DNA of 21,730 nucleotides from Chiloscyllium plagiosum. Lineage: Eukaryota. A model generated the notes under the pieces. The model did not search any database. It was given only the letters and a program-made list of their open reading frames with translations, and had not been told where the DNA came from. Below are positions 9,993 through 21,144 of the stretch, piece by piece (position 1 is the first letter of the stretch; each line of letters begins with the position of its first letter). The stretch covers positions 70,022,719-70,044,448 of the forward strand of contig NC_057719.1 of the NCBI RefSeq assembly GCF_004010195.1, in the 5' to 3' direction. A program made the position numbers and the translations under genes.

Positions 9993-11339
9993 ATTTAAAT
10001 GTGTCAGGATATTCATCAATGACATTTATTACTAACCAGAACAACTTAAAATATGGATATGATTCAAGCAGTTAAAAACATAAATATTAGAACTCAAGGT
10101 AGTTTTATGTTGGGAAGTCTCCAGGAAAGCTTGTGTTAAAATTTCAAGCACAAGCTCTCATCAATATCTTTACTATAAACAACAATAATTACCTCCAGAA
10201 ATCATTTGTATGATTTCATTCAATGGTCTTCCATGATAAGTAATTCCATACATCCATTGGCCTTATTTATAAATATTTCAGCCTGAATTCCCTATTTATT
10301 CACAATTAAGAATTAATTTCAATTTTATCTAAATATTTTGTGAGAAATTTAGAGTTTTGGACAAATAAAAGTCAAACTTTGAAAAGATTGATAATGCTGT
10401 TCCAAATAAATCAAAACATATTTATCTAGTTACTCAACCTCAATTTTGAGTACTTTGATCCTATTTTAGTTCTTATCTTTTTCTGATGATGCTGTTACTA
10501 TTCCCCCGAGGACAACTTTAAGAAGAACATTGATTAACTTTCAAGAAAGGGACTCAAGGGAGTCTTCAGATTGAAAGCATTAATTCTGTACTAAATGATG
10601 GCACGTGATATGGGTTGATCAATATAGCTAGCATAAGCATTCTACAGAAGGTCAATGGACAACATATGAAAACAAAACAAATATCATGTTACAGTCCCAG
10701 TGTTGAACCTAGACTAAAAGGCAGCATGTTAGAGAGGGGAGGAAAACAACACTTATGCAATATTCATGCATCTTTTCCTCTTGAATAAGGAAATGATATG
10801 AATGCTTGCATAAACTATTCAACAATGCAGTTAACTGTCTCATACAAGTTAATCTAGCTTTTTTCAAAAATAGCCCAACATAATTTTACATCTTTGCATT
10901 ATTGAAGTAGTGTTATTTATCTCATCACATACCCATAAAACAATTTGTTGAGCAGAAAGTAATATCTAGAAAACATCAGCACTTTTAATATATTCATTTT
11001 ACGTTAACAATGTATATGTAAAAATAACTCAAATTGATAATGGCTTTACTTACATTCAATGGGAATTATTAACCAAGTGGAGATATTCTAGCAATTAATA
11101 CATTAGTTAAACCATTTGACATCTAATATACAACTAAGATTTCAGCAGAAATTCATACTATTAATAATTGTGAATTACAAAATATGGGATGCATTTTAAC
11201 ACCTGAAAAACAAATGGGTCAAGGTCTAGTCATATATTAAAAATTTAAAACACACCTCCATCCTGCTCTCTCCTGTGTTTAATGGCAAGGGGTAGGCAGC
11301 CAACCAGCTCACAGGAGATGGGTTGTGCAGTTAAATATG

Positions 11340-13960
11340 AATACGTGAACAGAAGTAGGCCATTCAGCCCATGTAGCTAACCTTGCCATTCTAGATTATA
11401 GGTAGTTATCTCCTTTATGTCACTTGCCTGCACTATTTCCATTTCACTTAATTTCCAGAAATCTATTGATTTTTGTCCTTAATCTGGTCAATAACCTGCC
11501 CTTCTGTGGCAGAGAATTCTAAAGATTCACCACCCTATGAGTAAAGAACTTTATTCTCATCTCAGTCTTAAATGGGCTGCCCTTTACCCTGAGATATATC
11601 CCTGATTCTCAAGTCATGAGCCAAGGAAATTTCATATTTTACCCACCCTGTCATGCCCTTTAAGAATCGTACAAGTTTTAGAGATTGTTTTAGAAGTGAA
11701 TAACTCATTTACTTACATTATTCTCCATCTACCTTAGCCTGTGCTAGTTGTCTTTGAGCCTCTTACATGCTCCTTACAACTCATGTTTCTACCCAGTTTG
11801 ATATCAGCAAATTTGGAAATATTGCAATTGGCCATACATCCAAATCATTTATGAAGATTGTGAACAATTGTAGTCTTAGCACTAACACTTGCAGTAACAG
11901 ACTAGTAACAGCCTGCCATCCTGAAGATGACTTTATTTTTATTCTCTGCTTTCTGTCTATTGATTAAATACCGATCTAAATTAGTACAACTCCCGCCAAT
12001 CCCATGCACTCTAATTTTATTTAGTGATCACCTGTGGTGGGACTCTCATCGAAAGACTTCTGAAAATCCAAATACATTATATCCACCAATTTTCCTTTGT
12101 CTATCCTTCAGGTTAACATCATCAAAAAAAACTCTAACAGGTTTGTCAAACATGACTTCCCTTTCAGCAATCCATGTTGACTTTGTTTTTGCCATTCTTT
12201 TCAACATGTTCACTTATCACATCCTTTATACTAACTATGCACGTCAAACTAACAAGTCTGTAATTCTCCACTCTCCCTCTTTCCCCTTTTTAAAATAGTG
12301 ATTACATTTGCCACAGTTTAGACAGAAGGAACCTCGATTGAATCTATAGAATTATAAACGATAGTCTTTACTGTATCCACCATCTCTATTACTACTTCCT
12401 TCAACACTCTGGGATGAAGCTCATCTGGCCAGAAGATTTATCAACCTTCAGTGCAGCCAGTTATTTAAGTACTACCTCGTTAGTAAATACCAAATTCTTT
12501 TAGTTCTTCAGTGACACAAATCCTTTGGTCACTTAGTATTTGTCAGAAATGTTATGCATCTTTTTCAGAAATGACATAGACAAAGTATCTGTTTAGTTTC
12601 TCTACTATTTCCATGTTCTCTTCTGTAAATTATAAGACTCAGCCTTTAATTACTCAGCCTTTAAGATCCTCGCTGACTTGCATTTAATTCTCTTTTTACT
12701 TTCCTTAGTAGTCTTTTTGGCCACCTTTGCTGGGTCTTAAATTGGTCCAAATAGTCAGGCTTAGTATTATTTCTGGCATTCTCATTAGCTATTTCTTTTA
12801 GTTTAATGCAACCATTAATTGATTTTGTTAACCATTGTTGATTCAGCTTTCTATTTAGTTGACGTGCAGGAATATATATCAGTAGTAATGTTATGGTTTT
12901 ATTTAAACAGTAGCTATTGTCTGCTTCCCACCAAATCTTTTAGCATGTTTTCCAAAGATAGCATAGTCAACCCGCTTGTCATACCCTCACAGTTTCCTTT
13001 GATGTTCAGATTTAAGACTCTAGCTTCAGATTGAACTATGACACATTCAAACTTCAGTAAAATTCTATTGTATATTGCTCACCATTTCCCCAAAGTGCCT
13101 TTACAGCAAGGTTATTAATTAGCTTTTTCTTAATACAATACACTAAATCCAAAATAAGCTGAAGCCTAGTTGGCTCCTCCACAGTGTTCAAGAAATCCAT
13201 CTTGTATCATACTCCAAGACAAGCTGAAGACAACAAATGCTGGAGATCAGAGGGGGTCAAACAACATCCCTGGAGAGAGAGCAAGCTAACATTTTGAGTC
13301 TGAATGACTCGTCATCAGAGTTCTGATGAAGAGTCAGTTAGACTTGAAACATTAGCTTGCTCACTCTCCATGGATGCTGTCTGACCCCCTGTGATCTCCA
13401 GTATTCGTTGTCTTCAGTACAAATTCCAGCATCTGCAAGTAATTGTTTCTCCACAGTATTAGTGTTGACTTGGTTAATCCAGTTCATATGCAAAATGTAG
13501 TCACCAACTGTAACTATGCTATTCATGTTACATCTTTAATTTTCTGATTCCTAGCATCCCCAAGATTAGTATGGCAACTTGATATTATATAACAACTGCA
13601 ACCAATGCCTCCACTTGCAGTATCATAGGTCCACACAAACTGATTCTACATCTTGATCCTTTGAGCAAAGATCCTTCCTTACTCATGGACTGGTGTCAAC
13701 ATTTATTAGATATGCTACCCACTTCTTTTCCCTTTTGTCTATTCCTCCTAAATGTAGAACACCCTTGGATAGTGCAACCCTAACCTCAGTCACCCTGTAG
13801 CTACATCTTTGTAATGGCAATCAAATCATAGCCACGTATTTTTTTAAAATCAATCAGTCCTAGAATGTTAATCCATATTTCTAGAGCAGGTGGGACTTAA
13901 AGTTCAATATTTTTGTGAATGTTATGTTCATTCAGGTAGAGCTCCTTTAATACAGCATTT
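11340..13960 (-). mobile_element. Decayed CR1 LINE (ORF2 APE endonuclease plus reverse transcriptase, internally deleted)
   Basis: Minus-strand motifs in the expected order: GYDLIAIT (~13810-13835), IQGCSTFRRNRQKG (~13725-13770), VGDYILHMNW (~13480-13510), SQHGLLKGKSCLTNL (~12138-12182), YLDFQKSFD (~12046-12075), FTIFINDLD (11838-11864), ISKFAD (11803-11820), FFTHRVVNL*NSLP (~11507-11549). Stops and frameshifts throughout. Confidence 0.9.
13224..13450. mobile_element. Palindromic (head-to-head) non-autonomous element with two hammerhead-like cores, nested in the CR1
   Basis: 13224-13320 is the reverse complement of 13321-13417 (82/97 identical, no gaps, no spacer), with an extra one-sided tail to ~13450. 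Plus-strand core: CTGATGA (13323-13329)-A-GAGTC-AGTTA-GACTT-GAAA (13346-13349). It interrupts the CR1 endonuclease region. Confidence 0.85.
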
Positions 13961-14589
13961 TTAACATTATTCTCCATTTTTATCCTATTTGATGCTTGCC
14001 ACGATTTCTGTCTGTCTTCTATTTTAATTATGCTGATAGTCTCTGGTTCAAACTGCTTTCAGATTTTATTTATTCAAGTGGCTGGCTGTTATTCCTGAAC
14101 CTTGAAAACCTGACAGTCACAAGGAAGTGACGACATGAGTAAGAAAGGGGGCGAGTGCCGACATAAATTTGCCCTTTACTTTCCAGGCTCTCAGACTATC
14201 TGACACACCTTCCACTACAAGCATCAAGAAAAGTACCCATCATTCTTTACACCAATCATTTAATCTGACCCCCAACCAAGGTCAGGAATCAGATTCCCCA
14301 GTGATCAGGAGTTTCTCCAGGTATCAGGGATCCAACTCTTCCAGGATCAAAGTTCAGATCCAAGCATTCCTCTAGACTCTTCTAGAAGCTGGGTTAAGTT
14401 AGGAAGTCCTACCACTTAAACAAAGTGATCAGTTCCAAGCCATGAGCCAGCAATTGGTTTCCTCTGCTTTTTGGGCATAGTGGTCACTATTTTGACATCC
14501 CTGTAGCCATTGTGACTGAGGTAGTTAACACTCCCAATACCAGAGCAAGGTGAAATGCCAGATTTTGTGACAAATAGTTGGCCAGATAC

Positions 14590-15400
14590 TGCAGCAGACC
14601 ATCTTCAAATGCAACAAGATCTGGATAACATCCAGGTTTGGGTTCTCAAGTGGCAAGTAATGCTCATGCCAATCAGGGGCCAGGCAATGACCAAGTCCAA
14701 CAAAAGAGAATCAATCCATTGTTCAGTGACACTCAATTGCATTACCATCACTGAATGCACCAATATTAACAGCACCATTGATTAGAAACTGAATTGGATT
14801 AACCAAGTAAATACAATGGCTCCAAGAGGAGATCAGAGGCCAGGTACACGGCAGTGAGTAACTCATTTCCTGACTTGCCAAAGCCTATCCACATCTACGA
14901 AGCACAAAATAGCAGTGAGGTGGAATACTCCCACCAGCCTAGATGAGTGCAGCTTCAACAACACTCAAGAAGCTTGACACTATTTAGGATACTGCTGCTC
15001 AGTTGATCAGCAACATATCCACAAACATTTACTCCCTTCCTTTACCAATGCTCAGTAGCAGTCTGTACCCTTTTTCAGATGTAATGCAGAAATTTGCCAA
15101 AGCATCTTAGATAGTGCTTTACATCCACCGCCATTTAGAAGGATAAAGGTAATGGATACTTGGGAATGCCATCATCTGCAAGCTCCTCTGCAAATCACTC
15201 ACCATGCTGGCTTGGAAATGTATCGCCATTTCTTCAGTGTCATGGAGTCAAATTCCTGCAACTTCCTCCCTAATAATATTTTGTACCGAAACTAAATGAA
15301 CTGCAGTGGTTGAATAATTCAGCTCATCACCACCTTCTTGAGGCAGCTAGGGATAGGCAATAAATGTTAGCAACACTCACAGTCCACAAATAAAAAAAAT
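14590..15400 (+). mobile_element. 5'-truncated CR1/L2-group LINE 3' fragment
   Basis: MQQDLDNIQVWVLKWQVML...QAMTKSNKRES (post-RT thumb region), then STIYEAQ..S.VEYS and TLKKLDTI-like motifs, ending in GGCAATAAA and an A-rich tail at ~15390-15399. Confidence 0.85.
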
Positions 15401-15994
15401 GTAAATAGAGAATTCCTTGATGCAGTAGCTCACATTTTGATGGTATAAAACATGGCTGTCACATTGTGAACCTCCTAATGTGTTGAAATGTTTGGTTTGA
15501 AATATTCAACATCAAGAACAATTTTCTAATTTAATGCGGAGTATGTCAATAGATGTATTTAGTAAGTTTGTGCTCTGTGAAATGTTTTATGTTGAACACA
15601 CTTGAAAAGCATTTACACGTGAGATGTGAGAAACAACCTACAGAGGTAATTTTCCTTATTTTCCTTATTTTCACTAGCATATCAAGATTAATGACTGCCA
15701 AGAACTTTTGCTGCAAAGAAGCAAAAATGTAATTTACCAATTTGCCTTAGTGGTAGTTTAGAATCTAACCTGTGACTACTACTCTCCAGGAATGGTTATT
15801 TTCAGCTTTAAATTACAGCCTGACTGATGCTTTTGCAACCCTGTAGACCTTTCAAGTCCTCTGGAAGCTGTTTACATTTCCAGCACCATGACCCATTTTT
15901 AAATATAATTTTGGAGTACTAAAGTATCAAGGGTAGAATGTCACAGTAGTTCTCAGAAAATATGTTATGCACAGCTCTCAAAGATTTTAAGGAG

Positions 15995-16057
15995 GTCTGT
16001 GGCTCAGTAACAAGTGCTTTTCTCTGAGTTAGTAGCGCTGTGTTAAATCCTAACAGG
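15995..16057 (+). mobile_element. Decayed tRNA-derived SINE head
   Basis: TGTGGCTCAGT (A-box-like) ... CTCTGAGTTAG ... GTGTTAAATCC (B-box-like). Confidence 0.4.
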
Positions 16058-16670
16058 TCGGGCACGTAAGGAACATTCATAAACAGTTCAAATAGGTAGA
16101 TAAACAGCTGGTTAATCCTGCCAACATTTGCCCACAATTCCTCAAAGGGAAAAGGTGTATGTGAAAATAAAAATGATCCAAGATTTAGTAAACCACATTG
16201 ATTTACTCACGGTCCTACCATCTTTTAATGTTTTAAAAAATATGTATCAAAACAGTAGAGTATCATGGACATCGAAATTCAATCAACCTCTGGGATCAGA
16301 TGTGGCAACACATTTAACCAATCAAAATCACTCAGCAGATTGGAGACATGCAGCTAGAAATTTAAGCCATATTCACGACATATAGGCAAATGATAATGCT
16401 AATGGTGCGGCACTTGCCTCCAATAAAACAAATTAGCTGAACTTCCTATTTTGAATTTTTCTGAGATAGATAAAATTTTCCAGATCTCTGGAGAGAACTT
16501 GTTCACCTCACAAAATCTAATAAGGAGTCTTCCAAAGGTATGTATAACCTCAGAAGTGTTCTCAACAAAATAAATAAAATGGGCATTAAAAAAACAAGTT
16601 AATTTTAAAACATATCAGAAGCAGAGCAAGCCGCATCTCAAGTTAAAATATTATAATTGACTTGGGGGGG

Positions 16671-16769
16671 GGGTCTCATGATTCAGTGGTAATGTCCCCA
16701 CTTCTGGGTCCAGAAGGTTCAAATCCCATCTCCTCCAAAAGACTTCTGAACAGATTCACTAAAAATATC
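16671..16769 (+). mobile_element. tRNA-derived SINE (same family as 8045-8128)
   Basis: GGGTCTCATGATTCAGTGGTAATGTCCCCACTTCTGGG... with A box at 16679-16689 and B box GGTTCAAATCC at 16716-16726. Preceded by a G10 run. Confidence 0.7.
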
Positions 16770-17223
16770 TTAATTCATGAAGACAACAGGGACTCACTTA
16801 TTGCTTATGAAGACTCCCCAGTATCATTTCTTTCAGAGATATTAATCGCATTCTGATCAGCCATGAGCATCATTATCTGTTTCTAAATTGCTGAACATTT
16901 GTTGCTTTACTGATGTCTGTACTACACCATCTAAAATGCTGTCAGAATGAAAACATGACAGCAGTTAATTCTTCCTTCATCAATCAGATTTTGGGTCTGT
17001 TATTAGCAACATCAGCACTCACTCAAGTCAGACAAGTCCACAAACAACTGGGTATCAGGTGGACACATTCCTTCCTTCAACAAATAGAAACAGTAATGTC
17101 GAGTTTAAGGTCAGATGGTTCAATAAAATTATCGGCAACCTATGCACTGATAGTAATAATAACAATAAAATACATTTATTCATTACAAATCAATCCACAG
17201 CACATACTCATTCACAGATAAGC

Positions 17224-17367
17224 AAAATATGGCAGATGTGAGAAATCAAAAATAAAAACAAAAAATGCTGGTAACATTTAATAGGTCTGGCAGCATCTGG
17301 GGAAACGGAAGAAAGCCATCAACGTGAAATGCTAATTCTGTTTCTCTCCCTATAGATGCTGGCAGAC
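17224..17367. mobile_element. Degenerate relative of the palindromic hammerhead-bearing element
   Basis: Inverted arms GTCTGGCAGCATCT (17285-17298) and AGATGCTGGCAGAC (17354-17367), 13/14 match. AAATGCTGG and CAGCATC blocks are shared with 13224-13450. Central GAAGA...GAAA remnant. Confidence 0.65.
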
Positions 17368-18040
17368 AGTCACTTTTCTTGGAAAAGGTAATCGCAAAAA
17401 AAACTGTATTGTTTAACTTTAAGTTATGTACATCAAACAGCTAATGTCAACTACTCAGCAAATTATCATTTCAGAACAAAAGTCTATGGAAATCTCTCAC
17501 CTATAATCGTGGACAAAAATGGAACAACAAAATCATTGGCTGTTAGCCATTTTATTCTGTGCTATTACTCTTGCATCTGAATCAGAAGATTGTAGGATCA
17601 AGTTCCACCAACGGACACAGATCTTTCCTTGCAGCATTAGGGAATGGCTCCACTCAAACATGCCTGCTTTTTCGATCAGGTGTTAAACTAGGCGTACATT
17701 TGCTCTCTTTGAAAGGTCTTTTGGGTGGAATGTTCTCATTTTCACTTAAGTTGAGTCAGAGTCATGAAGCTGAGTCCACCAAGGTTTGCACAGCTTTTCT
17801 CATGCAGTCTTCTACTGTTCATTTCATTTGTTATGCAACTGAGGACTGCAGTGCCCTTATTGTGGAATCATGTAGTAAGAGAGGCAAACACACTCATCAC
17901 TGTCAGGATCTTGCAGTGTTCTTGCCCCGGTTCAATATTTAAAAATCAGCTATACTGCCAGTTCAGACACTACAAGCCCAATGACTGCCCTCACACCATG
18001 GTACTCAACCATTATCACTGAGAATGTGAGCCCGAAAACA

Positions 18041-18166
18041 ATGAGGCACACTCCCTACTTCATGGACAGGAACCCAGAAAGGTGTTAGTGGATAGAGTGG
18101 TGCAGAGGAGTGCTGGTCTTTACCCTACTGACCACTGCAGGAGACAACAGCAGCAGGTGCAGTAAA
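18041..18166 (+). pseudogene. Remnant of a Myb/SANT-like ORF of the kind carried by PIF/Harbinger DNA transposons
   Basis: With one frameshift reads RHTPYFMDRNP/KVLVDRVVQRSAGLYPTDHCRR, resembling the R.P.F...LEVLV..V..R...LFP start of Myb/SANT-like DNA-binding domains. Recall only. Confidence 0.4.
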
Positions 18167-18467
18167 TTTGTCTTTTTTTTTGTGAAGGAAGGTTGAGACA
18201 GAAGTAACAACTGGTCTGCTCAAATTCAATAAATTAAACAGCTTGGGAGGCCTTTTTTAAAAATTAGAATAATAGACGCAGCCTGAATGGGTGGCGTCAA
18301 GCTCCCACAGAACCAAGATTTTTAGTTTTAACCTTCAATAGCTGTTGCTAGGGTATTGAAGCTCAATGCGGAAGCTCTTATTTCGTTGTTCGAGCTAAAA
18401 AGCTAGGGTTCTCTTCTTGCTGCTAGAATTGCATGTGAGACAATCTATTTTACTAAATCTGTCTTTA

Positions 18468-19010
18468 ACAAAGTTAAAAATCACACATAGGTTATAGTCC
18501 AACAGGTTTACTTGGAGTGCTTTCAGAGTGTTGCTCCTTCATCAGGTGGTTGTGGAGTTTATAGAGTTTATAGCCAAAGGAGTCCAGTATCATGGAGATA
18601 TGATACAGTAAACAATCTTTGATTACAACTTTCATCTTTTATAATGGAATATGATGGTTTCTGCTCTTTGATATGTAAATCCCAGGGCTTCTTTTAAATT
18701 ACATTCTCAAGTTAGCTCAGCTTTTTAAACAATAGGTGTGAAGTCTGTCTGTGTCAGACTGACCAACCCTCTGTATCATTTTACAGAGTTTTACATGGAT
18801 TCATACAGTATTTGAATAAAATAAAATGTAAATCTGCAAAAACAAATTCACCTCATAAGCTTATATGTGTGTGCATGCAGGAGCAACAGATTGAGTGTGC
18901 ATGTGAGTGTGGGAATGTGGGTGGAAGTGCACATGATAGAGTGTGTGTGTGTGTGTATAAGCTTGGTTAAGTATGTGTGTGTGTGGAGAGAGAGAGAGAG
19001 TGATGGGGTT
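18468..19010 (-). mobile_element. Penelope-like element 3' region with hammerhead core and (TG)/(GA) simple repeats
   Basis: 18468-18545 aligns to 9906-9992 (ACAAAGTTAAAAATCACACA..AGGTTATAGTCCAACA..GCTCCTTCATCAG). Minus strand AACCAC-CTGATGA-A-GGAG-CAACA-CTCT-GAAA-GC. The right boundary is approximate. Confidence 0.7.
18865..19000. repeat. Compound (TG)n/(GA)n low-complexity tract
   Basis: TG runs at ~18865-18873, ~18940-18956 and ~18974-18985; GA run at ~18986-19000. Confidence 0.9.
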
Positions 19011-19184
19011 CCAAGTAATGTGGTGTAAAAATAAAGTGTGTTTTGCTTAAAGTCTAATAGTTTGACCAAATGAATTGCATCTGGAATGCAACATCCTACA
19101 CTTCCCTTTAAAATAAGAAAAAGTTATGGTCGAGGCTATCTTCTCAATATATTTTGACGATGTTTTGTCTTGTCTATAACATAT

Positions 19185-19640
19185 AACACCTTCACATTCT
19201 TCCTAAAGTGTAGTGCTTGGAATTAGACACAATACCCAGATGAGGCTGAATCAGTGGCTTGTTAACATTTAATACAACTTCATTGCTTTCATATTCTATG
19301 CCTCTATTTTTATGAAATCCACATCCTCATGACTCTTGCTACTTTCTCAAAATGCCACATTACTTTTAATGATTCACCTGACTTGGGCATTGTACTCTAT
19401 ATAATATTGTTTATCCTTGTTCTTTATACCAAAATGCTTCACTTCACTCTTCTCCATGTTAAATTTCATATGTCACATGGTTGGCCTTTCCATCAACATT
19501 TGTCCCTTTGTAGTATGGCACTTTCTTCTTCAAGGTTCACAATACTTTTAAGTTTTTGTGCCATCTGTACATTTTGAAATTATGCCCTATACCCAATTTT
19601 GATCATTAATGTAGATCAGACAGAGCAGGAAACACCTGAT
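19185..19640 (-). mobile_element. Decayed CR1 LINE RT/C-terminal fragment
   Basis: Minus strand LIYINDQ...IISKCTDGTK (cf. FLIYINDL...ISKFADDTK) at ~19555-19620, and a degenerate L.PHL..CV.F..LHFRKNVK (cf. VRPQLEYCVQFWAPHFRKDV) at ~19190-19255. Confidence 0.8.
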
Positions 19641-21144
19641 AGACATCCCGTCGAGATTAATTGCCAAAACTAAAGCATTCACATTTCGGCATTTGCCTCA
19701 GTAATGACACATTTTGCTGGAATTGATTTAATTTTTATCTTCCTAGTAAAGTTTATGTCCCACAAATGACTTTACATAGGTCTCTGTTAAGTCCATTACA
19801 AACATGACCTACTCTCACGTACTTGTGATAAATCCTGCAAGCAGAGGTTTATTTATAAGGAAGTTTGCCACTGTGACAGCAATAAAGCAGTGAGATGCAA
19901 ATTTGTGCAACGTACTCATTTCTGAATTTACAGCAACTGGTGAGAAAATGAAATACATTTTTAAAATTTCAGCTCATCTATAATGCGCCAGTGGTGAGAA
20001 TATTTCCTATTAGTCAAGATCTGATGACATATAGATATCAATTGTAACATCAGGAAGGATTGAACCTCACAGCAGCCCACATGAAAGAAGTGTAAAGCCA
20101 AAAAGAAAGAGTTAACTAAGAATGCTCTCAATATCTTTTAATATCTTAAAGTTGCTTTAAATAACAAATAGGTTCTACAGCTATGGTAGCAGGGATAACA
20201 TAAAGGATAGAGAATAACAATAACAAGCACATATTCCAAAATAGTGTCCACAAAGGTGTTAAGCTAACATAATGTGAAACAATTTTCAATATATTTTGTA
20301 TGAGAACATTATTAATGTGCAGTCCATATGCAGTCCTATTGTTGTGTGTCATGTTGAAATTAGTATCTACTTCATATTACTGTAATTACAATTCTTTTAG
20401 GCTCCATTAGAGTTGAGCTTCTCTGCAGCATTTTTTTTTCAATATTAGGAAGCAACATTTCATTTGATCTCAAACTGATCTGAAACCCATTTAATCCAAT
20501 GCGTTAGCACAAGTTTGAGTCTCCTGAAAGGAGCTCCGTACACCAGCATCTAAATTTACTTTCCACAATTAAGCTGAAAGGATAAATTACAGGTTTTTCA
20601 AATGACCTGAAGCCAACCTTATTCAAACCTGTTGTGATGATGTTTTTGGCATGAGTTCCATTAAAGCTGGACTTCTCAGTAGCCAACAGCGTATTCTATT
20701 TGGAGACACTCTCCATCATGCAGAAATTTCATTTGAAATGAATAATGTATGAATAACTTAATAGCTAGCACATATTAATACATTAACTATATCAGCAGAG
20801 CATTATTAAGACATGTACATTGTATGGCAACTACATTCTTTGGCAGTGGTATTGTGGATTGTCTAATATGTCAAAATATCTGCAACAGTTATTCATCAAA
20901 TATTCAAAATCCATTGAATTACAAGATGCATTATTTAATTAAATGGTCTTTACCAAAATATTGCACACACATTATTTTTCCTTTATTTACAGCGGTTTTC
21001 GCTCTTTCCATCCAGTTTCTCTATCTTGCCAGACCAACACTGCTACTGTGGAGTTGTTGCTGCGTGCACCAGGGCAGTAGAATCCAGTAGGCTATTCCAT
21101 CACAGCAAAATCACAACCAAAACCAATTAAGTCTGCTGAACAAC

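Larger units (their letters stand above)
18172..19181 (+). mobile_element. Probable LTR (solo-LTR) fragment interrupted by the Penelope-like insertion
   Basis: AATAAA at 19030-19035 followed about 145 bp later by a canonical ...ATAACA terminus at 19181, directly abutting a CR1 fragment. The TG start was not found. Confidence 0.4.

Noticed and set aside
11767..13034. Plus-strand ORFs of 66-123 aa
   Set aside because: Antisense to the decayed CR1 ORF2, with no independent protein signature.
14150..14571. Possible LTR fragment ending ...TTTTGTGACA
   Set aside because: Only a terminal motif and GATC-rich texture; no partner terminus or target-site duplication found.
17559..18021. 127-aa and 85-aa ORFs
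   Set aside because: No recognisable homology; they sit in probable transposon-derived sequence.
20021..20045. CTGATGA as another hammerhead core (also at 10483)
   Set aside because: No stem II followed by GAAA.
20634..20720. GTGATGA as a snoRNA C box
   Set aside because: Antisense to the host transcript, with no suitably placed CTGA D box or terminal stem.
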